From positions 2,720,001-2,784,000 of the forward strand of contig OY970355.1 in the NCBI GenBank assembly GCA_963718525.1: 64,000 nucleotides of DNA. The letters run 5' to 3'. The notes under the pieces were generated by a model. It was not told the DNA's origin and searched no databases. It saw nothing but the letters and a program-made list of their open reading frames with translations. Each line of letters begins with the position of its first letter. Position 1 is the first letter of the stretch. The stretch comes from Candidatus Dormiibacterota bacterium. Its GTDB lineage: Bacteria; Chloroflexota; Dormibacteria; Aeolococcales; Aeolococcaceae. The translations under genes were made by a program, and so were the position numbers. Positions 30,041 to 39,617 of the stretch are shown piece after piece.

Positions 30041-30279
30041 TCTCCTGAGGACTGCCTGGGTACATTCCCGGATGCTGGCATGCGCAGGTGAAACGTCACT
30101 TGGTGGTGTGCCTGGTCGTGAACTAGACCGCTCAGCGCGGACTTCCGGACGTCGAGCGTGCCTGGCACTGCACACCGTCGCCAGCGTGCTCGTGCGGCGC
30201 GTCCTCGGTTGAGCTGACCGCATCCAGGGCTTGCAGAGGTAACGATCCCGGACTGTCTAACTGAACGCGCTTGGAAAGG

Positions 30280-31089
30280 CTAGGTGCTCGGGCGTGCTAC
30301 AGCCCAGAGGAGATCGATAATCTCCGTCGCCGCGTTTCGGAGGAGCGGGAACGCTTCACGAACTGTCTGTCCCTTGAGACCCCGCGGCTCGCCCAGCGCT
30401 ACGTCAAAAAGGAAACTCGGCTGGTCGTCCGGTTCAAGATGCGAGCCAACGGAAGCGCTATAGAGTTGGCTGCCATCTTTGAGGGGCGCACGGTCGGCGG
30501 GTCTGATGTAGACGAGCTGGTTGGGAAGCACCGCGGCCGGCTTGGGGCTGGCGATCTTTTTCAGCTCAGCCCAAGGGCTTAACGCGACGCGTTTTGGCCG
30601 GAGCGCCAAGACAACCAGGAAACGATGTTCGTCGACGACGTCGAGCTTGTCCAAGGCCCAGAGAAGAGTGTTCTTCCCTCCCTCGTACGGCTCCAGCCCC
30701 TTGAACGCTTGCACGACCGGCTCCGCGGCTCTACCTACCTTGGTCTCCACCGTGGCTTCGTACGCTTTCCGGTCGAACTTGGGACTGCGCCAGATCGGGA
30801 AGTCGGTCTCGAACGAAGGCTGCTTGCCGTTGTCCCGAACGATGGCGTTGGCGAAGTCGTCGAGCGCGGATCGGAGATTGTGGATCGCGTCACCCAGGGT
30901 CAGAGTGATTGGGTCGGGGATGCTCGCGTCGGTGAGAATCCAACGGCTGAAGCCAGGGCGATTCGGATCGTTCTCGCGGATGACGGCTTTGGCCTTCGCT
31001 ATTCGGAACCCCGCGAGTTCATGCCCGAGATCGACGATGTGCTTGTCGACCCATTCGAGCTTCCGCTCGACGCTGTAGAGGGGATTCAC
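30280..31089 (-). CDS. hypothetical protein (GDxIHNLRSALD...DxHR type)
   Basis: 269-aa ORF with protein-like composition; GDAIHNLRSALD, FPI and LDVVDEHR. Confidence 0.7.
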   Translation of the reverse strand: MNPLYSVERKLEWVDKHIVDLGHELAGFRIAKAKAVIRENDPNRPGFSRWILTDASIPDPITLTLGDAIHNLRSALDDFANAIVRDNGKQPSFETDFPIWRSPKFDRKAYEATVETKVGRAAEPVVQAFKGLEPYEGGKNTLLWALDKLDVVDEHRFLVVLALRPKRVALSPWAELKKIASPKPAAVLPNQLVYIRPADRAPLKDGSQLYSASVGSHLEPDDQPSFLFDVALGEPRGLKGQTVREAFPLLRNAATEIIDLLWAVARPST

Positions 31090-31122
31090 GGCTCGGCGCT
31101 ATTCTGATCCCATCGAATACCA

Positions 31123-31292
31123 GACCCCTTGCCTTGGCAAGGTACGGCGGGAATGCCGAATACGAGAGGGCGAGAAAACGGTCTCGCGGCGCCTACTTCC
31201 CAGCTGCATCGACGCTATTCGACGCGGAGTCGACGGCCGTTGACGTCAAGCCACGCCGACCCGTGGGTGATCCAGTGAGAGCACCCTCGGGT
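31123..31292. repeat. degenerate second att plus element-end copy (homologous to 26469-26635)
   Basis: Shared colinear blocks CCTTGGCAAGGT, CCGAATACG, GCGGCGCCTACTTCCC, TTCGACGCGGAG and GTTGACGTCAAGC. Confidence 0.85.
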
Positions 31293-31386
31293 CGGCCGAC
31301 CGTTTTCTTATTCGATTGTTGCCAACTCGCGCATCTCGGGCGAATGGGCGCACGAACCTCCTCTGGTGAAGCGCGCCCGCAGACCG

Positions 31387-32817
31387 TTATGCGACGACGT
31401 CGCCGCGCGACGCCACGCCTTCTGTAAGCACACGGCTCGGATGGTGTACGTCCCCGAAGAAGGTGCCCTTGCGGAGCACTCGATCCAACCACGCTCCCGC
31501 TATCATCGAGGTGACGATCGCCAGAAGTACGAGGTCGACATAGAACTTCTGGGAAATGATGTGTGCGTCGAAGGCCACCGAGGCCATGACAATCGCTGGA
31601 CCGCCTCGTGCATTCAGCGCCATCGCCAGATTGATCGCACTCTCGCGACCCTCGCCCGCCACGCGCGCGCCGGCGTATACGCTGAACCCCTTGACGACGC
31701 ATGCATAGACAAGGAATGCCGCAAAGAACGGGATGTCGAACTGGTGGATGAGGTCGAGCTTTAGGCCCACGATCGCGAAGTAGATCGGGATGAAGAAAGC
31801 GAATGAGAAGCTCTGAATACTTGCCTGAGCGCGGACTGCATCGATCGAGACCCTTCCACGCTCTTCCGCGCTGGTCGAGAGCGTCCCGGCCAGAATCCCA
31901 GCGACAAACGCCCCGAAGATGGGTGAGATACCAAAGAACAGCGCGATGCTCGTCATCACCAGCATGAAGACGATCTGGAAGGCCAAAGCATTGCCGCGTC
32001 CCAGGAAATTGAAGCGCAGCGCACCCATCTTCTCGACGAGTGAGCGACCAAAGGCGAGCGGGAGCCCGAAGATCGCAATCGATACGATCACATAGTAGGC
32101 ATCGGAGAGCGCCGAGCCAGGGTGAATCGAGAGCAGGCTCGGGAGAGCGAAGCTATCCGTAGAGGGGGTCGCGACGAGGCCGACCGCGATGCTGAGCAGG
32201 ACGTAGAGGACCACATCGTCGATGAGTGCGACGGTGAGGACCATGCGTGCAAACACAGTCCGCATCAAACCGAGATCGACGAGAATCCGTGAGATCACCG
32301 GGATGCTGGCGACGGCGATACCGCACGAGAACACGATGAGCAGCGACGTGTGGTTCGCTGCAGAACCGATCAAGCCTCCCGGGTTGAGCACCAGCAAGAA
32401 GGCAGCGCCGGCGGCGAACGGGATGAGGTTGCCGATCAGCGCGATCAGCGACGTTGTCCGCCCTTCTCCGCGCCGCCGATGGGACCGTAGGGTTGCCCCG
32501 GCGCAATACATCAGGAGCAACTGACCCAGTTGGTAGATTGCCCCAAGTACGGTGGTGGTTGACGCCGACCCGCTGATGAGCTGATGCGAGAGATCGGGAC
32601 TCAGCAGTCCGATCAAGGTGGGGCCAAGCGCTAGCCCGGCGATGATCTCGCCCGCCACCCGCGGCTGGCGCAGCTTTACAAAGAGGAAGCCGACGGAGTG
32701 GACTGCGACCAGCAGAACGCTGAGCGTGAGGAGTAGATGCAGGGTGTCGCCGTTGCTGAAGCTCAAACTCACACCCGTCGGGACCGACGCGACCCCGCTG
32801 CCGAACACCGGACTCAC
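31387..32817 (-). CDS. cation:proton antiporter (CPA2-like)
   Basis: RQPRVAGEIIAGLALGPT, ALIDD, FFIPIYFAIVG and LNARG; multi-TM. Confidence 0.88.
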   Translation of the reverse strand: MSPVFGSGVASVPTGVSLSFSNGDTLHLLLTLSVLLVAVHSVGFLFVKLRQPRVAGEIIAGLALGPTLIGLLSPDLSHQLISGSASTTTVLGAIYQLGQLLLMYCAGATLRSHRRRGEGRTTSLIALIGNLIPFAAGAAFLLVLNPGGLIGSAANHTSLLIVFSCGIAVASIPVISRILVDLGLMRTVFARMVLTVALIDDVVLYVLLSIAVGLVATPSTDSFALPSLLSIHPGSALSDAYYVIVSIAIFGLPLAFGRSLVEKMGALRFNFLGRGNALAFQIVFMLVMTSIALFFGISPIFGAFVAGILAGTLSTSAEERGRVSIDAVRAQASIQSFSFAFFIPIYFAIVGLKLDLIHQFDIPFFAAFLVYACVVKGFSVYAGARVAGEGRESAINLAMALNARGGPAIVMASVAFDAHIISQKFYVDLVLLAIVTSMIAGAWLDRVLRKGTFFGDVHHPSRVLTEGVASRGDVVA

Positions 32818-33135
32818 GGTGCCTCCCCCAACGCTGCTCCTTCCCCGCTACCACCGCGCGAACGGGGCAATCGCGTCACTTTAGCAGTTCGCCGCTGGCC
32901 CCGCAACCCGAGATAGCTTCGCTGGTGACCCGGTGCGAAGTATCGAATCCAGCATCCATCTATCACGCCCTCGACGGCCGGCAGGTTCGCAACTCAACGG
33001 CCATCGGATCTTCGAGGCCTTCGAGAAAAACACCGCCGATGTTGATCGCCATCTGCTGCTGAGCTTGCAGTCGGACGACGGACGCTGAGCTGCTCAACCC
33101 TTGACCTTCCGTTGCAATGGGGCGGTGCCTCTACC

Positions 33136-33357
33136 TCAGAACCGCACCCGCGCTGCGGCTTGGAGGACGGCCTCGCTGGTCTTGCCCCGGTAGTGGAAGG
33201 CGACCATGTCGCTGCTGGCGTGGCCGAGCAGCTGCTGCAGATGGAGCATGAGCATGCCGGCATCGGCGCACCAGGTGCAGAACGTGTGCCGGAACCGATA
33301 CGCGTTGCACCTGATGCCGCTCGCCAACTCGCTGCACCCTACTTTCGGCGCACTCAA
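33136..33357 (-). pseudogene. tyrosine recombinase/integrase C-terminal remnant
   Basis: YRFRHTF...LQQLLGHAS...HY (box II R-H-Y); the N-terminal part is missing; lies immediately 3' of tRNA-Gly. Confidence 0.8.
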
Positions 33358-33429
33358 CGCAATGCAAAGTAAGGTGCTCAGCGGGTGTACGCGGATCGTA
33401 TGTATTCAATCCGGTCCCTCTAACGCGAC

Positions 33430-33504
33430 TGGAGCGGGAGACGAGGCTCGAACTCGCGACCCCTACCTTGGCAAGGTAGTGCTCTACCACTGAGCTACTC
33501 CCGC
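33430..33504 (-). tRNA. tRNA-Gly (GCC)
   Basis: GCGGGAGTAGCTCAGTGGTAGAGCACTACCTTGCCAAGGTAGGGGTCGCGAGTTCGAGCCTCGTCTCCCGCTCCA forms a cloverleaf with encoded CCA. Confidence 0.97.
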
Positions 33505-33559
33505 TCGCTTCGCGCGAAGGGCAGAGTATATCGGCGCCGCCGCCCGGCACCTGACCGAT

Positions 33560-34201
33560 TCAGACCGGGTGTGCCGCCTCGAGCCGCTGCGACGCTATCC
33601 ATCGATCGAGCACTGGTCCAGACTCGAACGACGTGATCAGCGCATATCGCGGACCCGGGCCGGGGTTGTGTACGACGTGATACAGCCGCTCAGTGTCGAT
33701 CACGAGTTGACGGCGCGGATGGAGCGGGATGCGGCTCTCCGTCGAGGGATCGTCGCGAACCTCGCGCAGGACGAACTCTGAGCCCTCGGGAGCGTTGAGC
33801 TCGAGCCAGGACCGGACCACCCAGCCCTCGCCGTCGGGGTTGAGCCGGTTGTTGTCGTCCTGGTGGAGCTGGCGCAATGCATCGGCCTCCGACGAGGGAT
33901 TGAGCTTGATCACCCGGACCCGTCCGTACCTCGCTCCTACGGCCTCGACGTAGCTGCATAGTGTCGGGGCGATCTCGCGGTTGGCCGTCCAGATACCGTC
34001 CTTATCCGGCTTGCCGTGATCCCAGAAGCCGGCGCATTCCATCTCGCCCTTCGCCGATGCGAGCGGCGCGAAGTTGGTGTCGCCGCCGGATTTCCAGTCG
34101 ACATACTCGAGGCGCTCCCACTCCTCCGGGGGGATGGCCGGGCCGTCGCCAAGGATGGCGAATCCCTTCTCGGCGAGCACGTCGAGTTTGGTGTGAGCCA
34201 T
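33560..34201 (-). CDS. conserved hypothetical protein, possible Fe(II)/2OG cupin oxygenase
   Basis: GRVRVIKL, HQD and a later HVVHN...R suggest an HxD...H facial triad; GAGG RBS. Confidence 0.6.
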   Translation of the reverse strand: MAHTKLDVLAEKGFAILGDGPAIPPEEWERLEYVDWKSGGDTNFAPLASAKGEMECAGFWDHGKPDKDGIWTANREIAPTLCSYVEAVGARYGRVRVIKLNPSSEADALRQLHQDDNNRLNPDGEGWVVRSWLELNAPEGSEFVLREVRDDPSTESRIPLHPRRQLVIDTERLYHVVHNPGPGPRYALITSFESGPVLDRWIASQRLEAAHPV

Positions 34202-34311
34202 GGAACTACCTCTCAATGTCTGGACGCAGTGCGGCGGACGCCGAATCAGTCGCTAAGGCTACACGCGGGTACGGGTCGTGGCACATCCCAGGCCCGATAA
34301 GCTGGCTCTCG

Positions 34312-35088
34312 GTGACAGATGACCTGGCGCTCGCCCTCGAACTCGCTGATGTCGCCGACAAGATCTCGATGGAGCGCTTCCGAGCTCACGATCTCAAGAT
34401 CGACGCCAAGCCAGACCTCTCACCGGTGACGGAGGCCGATCGGGCCATCGAAACGTACGCCCGGGATCGGATTGGCGCCGCGCATCCGGACCATGCGATC
34501 ATCGGCGAGGAGTTCGGCGTGGTGGGTGATCGCGGCGCCACCTGGCGGTGGGTGATCGACCCGATCGACGGGACCCGGAGCTTCGTCCGGGGCAACGAGA
34601 CGTGGGCGACCCTGATCGCCCTCCAGCGCGATGGCGAATCCGTCGTGGGAGTGGCGTCGGCGCCCGCGATGCGGCTGCGGTTCCACGCAACCCTCGGCGG
34701 CGGGTCGTTTCTCAATGGACGCCGCATCCACGTGTCGAGGATTTCGGACATCTCCGAAGCCCTGATCACGCACACCGCTCTCCGCGGGTTCGTGATCACC
34801 AAGCAGGCGGAGAAGCTCGTCGCACTCGCCGGTCGGTGCTGGGACGCGCGCGGCTTGGGCAACTCGATGTCGCACCTCGCGGTGGCTCGGGGAACTGCCG
34901 ATATCGGCTGGACGTCACGTGCGAACCTCTGGGACTACGCTGCGCTCAAGCTCGTCGTGGCCGAAGCAGGCGGCCGGTTTACGGACCGGAGCGGTGACGA
35001 CCCGGTGCTCGGCGGTAGCGGCATCTCGTCGAATGGGGTGCTTCACGACCTCGTCCTCGAGGCGGCCGGCTACCCGCCATCGGCGTGA
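34312..35088 (+). CDS. inositol monophosphatase family (HisN-like) phosphatase
   Basis: KPDLSPVTEAD, GEE, DPIDGT and WDYAA motifs. Confidence 0.85.
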   Translation: MTDDLALALELADVADKISMERFRAHDLKIDAKPDLSPVTEADRAIETYARDRIGAAHPDHAIIGEEFGVVGDRGATWRWVIDPIDGTRSFVRGNETWATLIALQRDGESVVGVASAPAMRLRFHATLGGGSFLNGRRIHVSRISDISEALITHTALRGFVITKQAEKLVALAGRCWDARGLGNSMSHLAVARGTADIGWTSRANLWDYAALKLVVAEAGGRFTDRSGDDPVLGGSGISSNGVLHDLVLEAAGYPPSA

Positions 35089-35163
35089 TGTGGTGATCGG
35101 CCGTTGCGGCGCCGTCGCGCGCACGCCGGCTGGCAACCTCATAGGTGTCCTAGCACAACACCT

Positions 35164-37143
35164 CTAAAGGTGAATGCCTCGCATCAGCATCCCGAGGGCG
35201 TACGCCTCTGGCGTAACCGGCTGCTCGCCGGGGTCATTGTCCCCATGCGACTGTGACGCATTGTCTGGAAGCATCTGGAATGCGCCGGCCATGATCAGTT
35301 GATGGACGTTGGGCGCAATGGCGTGCACGAGTTCACCGAATTTCCCAACCCGTGTCGACACCTCGTGGGGTCGCTTGATGAGCGCCTCGATCACCATATC
35401 CGCAGCCTCATCGGAGCTGATCGTCGGGAAATTCTTGTACATCCCGGTGGGCGCGATCATCGGCGTGCGCACCAACGGCATGTGAATCGTCGTGACCGCG
35501 ATGCCCTCCCCCGCAACCTCCGGCGCGAAGCACCGCGAGAACGCATCCAGCGCGTTCTTGCTCGCGACATACGCCGCAAAACGTGGTGGATACGCCTGTC
35601 CCCCAATGGACGTGATATTGACGATGTGCCCGTCCTGGCGCTCGCGCATTCCCGAGATCACAGCCATGATCAACGCGATCGCGCCGAAGTAATTCAGCTT
35701 CATCGTCCGCTCGAAATCGTGGAAGCGATCGAGCGAGTCGAGAACGGAGCGCCTGATCGACCGCCCGGCGTTGTTGATGAGCACGTCGACGCGGCCGTGA
35801 TCGGCGATCACACGCTCGATGAGGTGCGTGCACGCATCGTGGTCGCTGAGGTCGGTCGGATACATATATGCCCTGCCCCCGCCGCGCTCGACCTCGGCGC
35901 GCACCTCCTCGAGTTGTTCCTCGCGCCGGGCAACGCCGATGATCGTCGCTCCCGACGCCGCAAGGTGTTTGCACACGGCCCGTCCGATGCCACTCGAAGC
36001 GCCGGTGATGACCACGACCTTGCCACTGACGACGCGACGCACGTTCGCGGGAGTCGGCAGTTGCGGGTCGAGATGTCGCTCCCAGTAGTCCCACACCTTC
36101 CACGCGTAATCGTGCAGCGGCGGGCAGGTCACCCCGCTGCCCGCGAGCGCGGCCTGCGCCTCGCTCGCGTCGAAGGTGGCCGGATAGTCCATGTAGGTAA
36201 ACGCCGCCTCGGGGATGCCCAGACGCGACAGGGCCTGCTGGCGCATGCGCTGCACGGCGGGCAACGACCCGATTGCCGACAGTCCGCCGGGAAGCATGCG
36301 TGCCATGCGCCGGTCGATGCGCAGCGCGAATTCCGGAGCGTGCGCGGCTCTGCAGAAGGTGTTGAGCGTGTCGCCGAGCGACAGCGGCGCAGGGTCGACG
36401 ATGTGAAACGCGCGACCGTCGAGACCCTCGAGGTGCGCGATGTGGTCGATCGCTTTCGCGACAAAGTCGACTGGGACAAGGTTGAACGGGCCGCCCTCGG
36501 GGCCGATGAACGGCGCCCACTGCGGGAAGGCGTCGCGCATCTGCTGGATGAGCTTGAACGCGTAATACGGACCGTCGACGCGATCCGCCTCGCCGGTCTC
36601 CGACGAGCCGATGACCATACCGGGGCGGTAGACGCGCCAGGGCACCGTGGCCTCGGTGCGCACGATGTGCTCGGCCTCGTGCTTTGTCTTGTAGTAGGGG
36701 TGGTCGAGCTCCTGGCCCTCGTCGAACATCGCCTCGGTGAAGGACCCCTTGTACCGCCCGGCGACGGCAATCGAGCTCACCAAATGGAGGCAGCCGGCGC
36801 CGATCTCATTCGCGAGGCCGACGACGTTGCGCGTGCCGGTGACATTGGCGCGCTCCGTCTCGTCGGCCGGCGCCGTCAGGTCGTAGATGGCCGCGAGATG
36901 GAACACCTGACCGCCACGGAGCTGCTCGCGATCATCGACGGCCAGGGCAAGGCCGGGCTCGCCGAGATCACCGATCAGCGCATGCAGCCGTTTGCCGCCT
37001 GGATCGAGACGCTCGCGGAGCGCGGCATATCGGGCGCGTGAACCGGGACGCACCAGCACGAAGACGTTGTCGCCTCTCGCGAGGAGCAGCGGCACGAGGT
37101 GCCGGCCGATGAACCCGGTCGCCCCCGTGATGAAGTACGTCAC
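35164..37143 (-). CDS. two-domain SDR, fatty acyl-CoA reductase-like (AcrA1-type)
   Basis: TGATGFIG extended-SDR domain plus TGASSGIG/NNAGRSIRR/YVASK classical SDR domain. Confidence 0.85.
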   Translation of the reverse strand: MTYFITGATGFIGRHLVPLLLARGDNVFVLVRPGSRARYAALRERLDPGGKRLHALIGDLGEPGLALAVDDREQLRGGQVFHLAAIYDLTAPADETERANVTGTRNVVGLANEIGAGCLHLVSSIAVAGRYKGSFTEAMFDEGQELDHPYYKTKHEAEHIVRTEATVPWRVYRPGMVIGSSETGEADRVDGPYYAFKLIQQMRDAFPQWAPFIGPEGGPFNLVPVDFVAKAIDHIAHLEGLDGRAFHIVDPAPLSLGDTLNTFCRAAHAPEFALRIDRRMARMLPGGLSAIGSLPAVQRMRQQALSRLGIPEAAFTYMDYPATFDASEAQAALAGSGVTCPPLHDYAWKVWDYWERHLDPQLPTPANVRRVVSGKVVVITGASSGIGRAVCKHLAASGATIIGVARREEQLEEVRAEVERGGGRAYMYPTDLSDHDACTHLIERVIADHGRVDVLINNAGRSIRRSVLDSLDRFHDFERTMKLNYFGAIALIMAVISGMRERQDGHIVNITSIGGQAYPPRFAAYVASKNALDAFSRCFAPEVAGEGIAVTTIHMPLVRTPMIAPTGMYKNFPTISSDEAADMVIEALIKRPHEVSTRVGKFGELVHAIAPNVHQLIMAGAFQMLPDNASQSHGDNDPGEQPVTPEAYALGMLMRGIHL

Positions 37144-37184
37144 GCGGCCGACAATAGCTTTTTAGGACAATCGGAGACAGAGCC

Positions 37185-38351
37185 ATGCCTGAGCCGGTCA
37201 TCGTCGCCCTTGGCAGGTCCCCCATCGGACGCGCGATGAAGGGTTCGCTGGTCAACGTCCGCCCGGATGACCTCGCCGCGAGCGTGGTCACACAGGTGCT
37301 GGATCGTCTTCCACAACTGGATCGTTCGACGATCGACGACCTCATCTGCGGCTGCGGGCTCCCCGGCGGCGAGCAGGGCTTCAACCTCGGTCGCGTGATC
37401 AGCATCCTCACGCGCATCAACACCCCCGGCACCACCATCACCCGCTACTGCGCGTCGTCGCTTCAGACGACACGCATGGCTGCGCACGCGATCCGTGCCG
37501 GTGAGGGCGACGTCTTTCTGAGCGTCGGCGTCGAGTGCGTGTCGCGGTTCGTGAACGGCTCCAGCGACATGCCCCAGTGCCGCAATGAACGTCTCGAACC
37601 GGGCAACACCGAGGGCTACCCGGACATCTACATCGCGATGGGCCAGACGGCGGAGAACGTCGCGGCTCGCGAGGAGATCTCACGCGAGGAGATGGACCGG
37701 TTCGCGCTGCGCAGCCAGCAGCGCGCGGTCGCGTCCCAGGACGACGGCTTCTTCGCTCGAGAAATCGTGCCGATCGAACTGCCCGACGGCGCCGGGACCC
37801 TGACGAAGGATGACGGTCCACGCCGCGAGACAACGCTCGAGAAGCTCGCGGAGCTGAAACCGGTATTCCGCGAGAACGGCACCGTCACCGCGGGAAATGC
37901 ATGTCCGCTGAATGACGGCGCTGCCGCAGTGGTGATCATGTCGGACACCCGGGCGCGCGAACTCGGCATCACGCCGCTTGCCCGGATCGTCTCGACGGGA
38001 TTGACCTCACTCGAACCTGAGTTCATGGGGCTGGGGCCGATCGAAGCATCGCAGCAAGCGCTCGCGCGCGCGCGCATGACCATCAACGACGTCAATATCG
38101 TCGAGATCAATGAAGCCTTTGCAGCCCAGGTGATTCCGTCCGCTCGCGGGATCGGGCTGGATCCGTTCGACGATCGCCTCAACCCCCATGGCGGGGCGAT
38201 CGCCCTCGGTCATCCCTTCGGCATGACCGGCGCCCGGATCCTCTGCACCCTGTTGAACGATCTCCAGACTGCGAACGCCACGATCGGCCTCGAGACCATG
38301 TGCGTGGGCGGTGGCCAGGGCATGGCGATGATCGTCGAACGCCTGAACTGA
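37185..38351 (+). CDS. acetyl-CoA C-acyltransferase (thiolase)
   Basis: RYCASS, NEAFA, GHPFG and CVGGGQG motifs. Confidence 0.93.
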   Translation: MPEPVIVALGRSPIGRAMKGSLVNVRPDDLAASVVTQVLDRLPQLDRSTIDDLICGCGLPGGEQGFNLGRVISILTRINTPGTTITRYCASSLQTTRMAAHAIRAGEGDVFLSVGVECVSRFVNGSSDMPQCRNERLEPGNTEGYPDIYIAMGQTAENVAAREEISREEMDRFALRSQQRAVASQDDGFFAREIVPIELPDGAGTLTKDDGPRRETTLEKLAELKPVFRENGTVTAGNACPLNDGAAAVVIMSDTRARELGITPLARIVSTGLTSLEPEFMGLGPIEASQQALARARMTINDVNIVEINEAFAAQVIPSARGIGLDPFDDRLNPHGGAIALGHPFGMTGARILCTLLNDLQTANATIGLETMCVGGGQGMAMIVERLN

Positions 38352-38360
38352 GGCGACGAG

Positions 38361-39617
38361 TTAGAGCGCCACTCCGGTCCGGGGTCGTACGGACCTGCCC
38401 GGGATCACCACTTCCACGTCCGCCGGGGCGGTTGGATTGACAGTCCGGCGGCGTGGGGGACGGCTTGCCAGGATGATCGCCGCCAGCGCCTCGACGAGCC
38501 CGTCAGCCTCTCGCCGATCCAGGATGAGCGGGGCCAGGATGCGAACGCTCCCGGTGCCGGCGGGCAGCGTGAGGATGCCCCGTTGCTCGAGACGGCGCAG
38601 CAGGAGCGGGGCGTTGAGGCTAGTCTCAACCGCCACCATCGCACCACAACCGCGGACTTCGCGGATCTCGCCAAGGCGAAGCGCCCGCAGGCGGCTCTGC
38701 AGCCGCTCCGACGAGAGATCGGCGAGTGTCCGGAGCGTGGGGCTGAGCGCGGTGCGGATGGTCGCATTGGCTGCCGCGCACACCAGTGGCGGGCACGCCT
38801 CCTCATGATCGCGTCGCGCCACCCGCGCCCGACGCGAGATCGACGGACCCACTGCGATGACACCGAAGGGCATGCCATTGGCCAAAGATGACCCAAGACA
38901 CACGATGTCCGGGCCCACACCTCGCGCACCGGACGCCAGGGTTGGTCCCATGCGCAGCGCGGTCCGGACCTCATCGACGACGAGGAGTGCACCACTGCCC
39001 CTGCACAGCTCCCCGACTGAGGCGAGATAGCCCTCGTCCGGGACCCGGATTCCGGCCTCAACCTGCACGGGCTCGATGAGCACCGCGGCAACGCGGTCGT
39101 CGAGCTGGGCACGAAGCGCATCGAGATCGCCGAATGGCACGCGTACGACCTCGAGGGTCCTGCCTGCGATCTCGCCGAGGCGCCGACCGCTGCTGGCGCC
39201 TCGTCCACCGATGCCCGACCCATGGTCTGAGCGCTGCATGGCGATCAGGCGTGATCGATTTGACGCCGACGCAACCCACGTGATTGCCAGATCGACAGCC
39301 GCCGACCCGGACGCTGTGAAGCTCACGTGCGTCAACGGGACCGGAATGATGAAGCTGAGCGCCTCGAGAAGCTCCTCGCGGAGGTCGTAGTCGAACCCCG
39401 GTGGGACGCCGCTGAATGCCGTCAGCTGCGCGGTGATCGCTTCGTTGATTCGAGGGTGGTTGTGCCCGAGGAGCGTGGTGCCACCGCTCGAGGTGAGATC
39501 AAGGTATTGGCGATCCTCGTCGTCCCACACGTATGCCCCGTCACCTCGAATGAGGCGTAGGTCGCGTGATGTGCAACTCAACTCATTGAGCCACCGATCT
39601 GGGAGTACCGCAGTCAC
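38361..39617 (-). CDS. class III aminotransferase-like protein (ArgD/LysJ-like) lacking the catalytic Lys
   Basis: GDGAYVWD..YLD, LGHNHP, IEPVQ.EAG, DEVRT and PDIVCLGSSLANG. Confidence 0.75.
   Translation of the reverse strand: MTAVLPDRWLNELSCTSRDLRLIRGDGAYVWDDEDRQYLDLTSSGGTTLLGHNHPRINEAITAQLTAFSGVPPGFDYDLREELLEALSFIIPVPLTHVSFTASGSAAVDLAITWVASASNRSRLIAMQRSDHGSGIGGRGASSGRRLGEIAGRTLEVVRVPFGDLDALRAQLDDRVAAVLIEPVQVEAGIRVPDEGYLASVGELCRGSGALLVVDEVRTALRMGPTLASGARGVGPDIVCLGSSLANGMPFGVIAVGPSISRRARVARRDHEEACPPLVCAAANATIRTALSPTLRTLADLSSERLQSRLRALRLGEIREVRGCGAMVAVETSLNAPLLLRRLEQRGILTLPAGTGSVRILAPLILDRREADGLVEALAAIILASRPPRRRTVNPTAPADVEVVIPGRSVRPRTGVAL

Larger units (their letters stand above)
27516..30080 (+). 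repeat. five dispersed co-oriented copies of a 20-bp motif, consensus (G/T)ACATTNNNGGATGCTGGCC
   Basis: Copies at 27516-27535, 27996-28015, 29105-29124, 29597-29616 and 30061-30080, all intergenic. Confidence 0.7.
26441..33477. mobile_element. genomic island(s) integrated at tRNA-Gly(GCC), probably two elements in tandem
   Basis: Flanking 48-bp direct repeats, an integrase remnant next to the tRNA, small orphan ORFs, and an internal degenerate att/end copy at 31123. Confidence 0.85.

Noticed and set aside
27516-30080. The 20-bp repeats as a CRISPR array or classical integron attC sites
   Set aside because: Spacers are 0.45-1.1 kb and gene-containing; there are no cas genes, no RYYYAAC...GTTRRRY palindromes, no intI, and the genes lie in both orientations.
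32940-32975. Reverse-strand GGATGCTGG as another cassette site
   Set aside because: Only the right half of the 20-bp motif matches; the ACATT half is absent.
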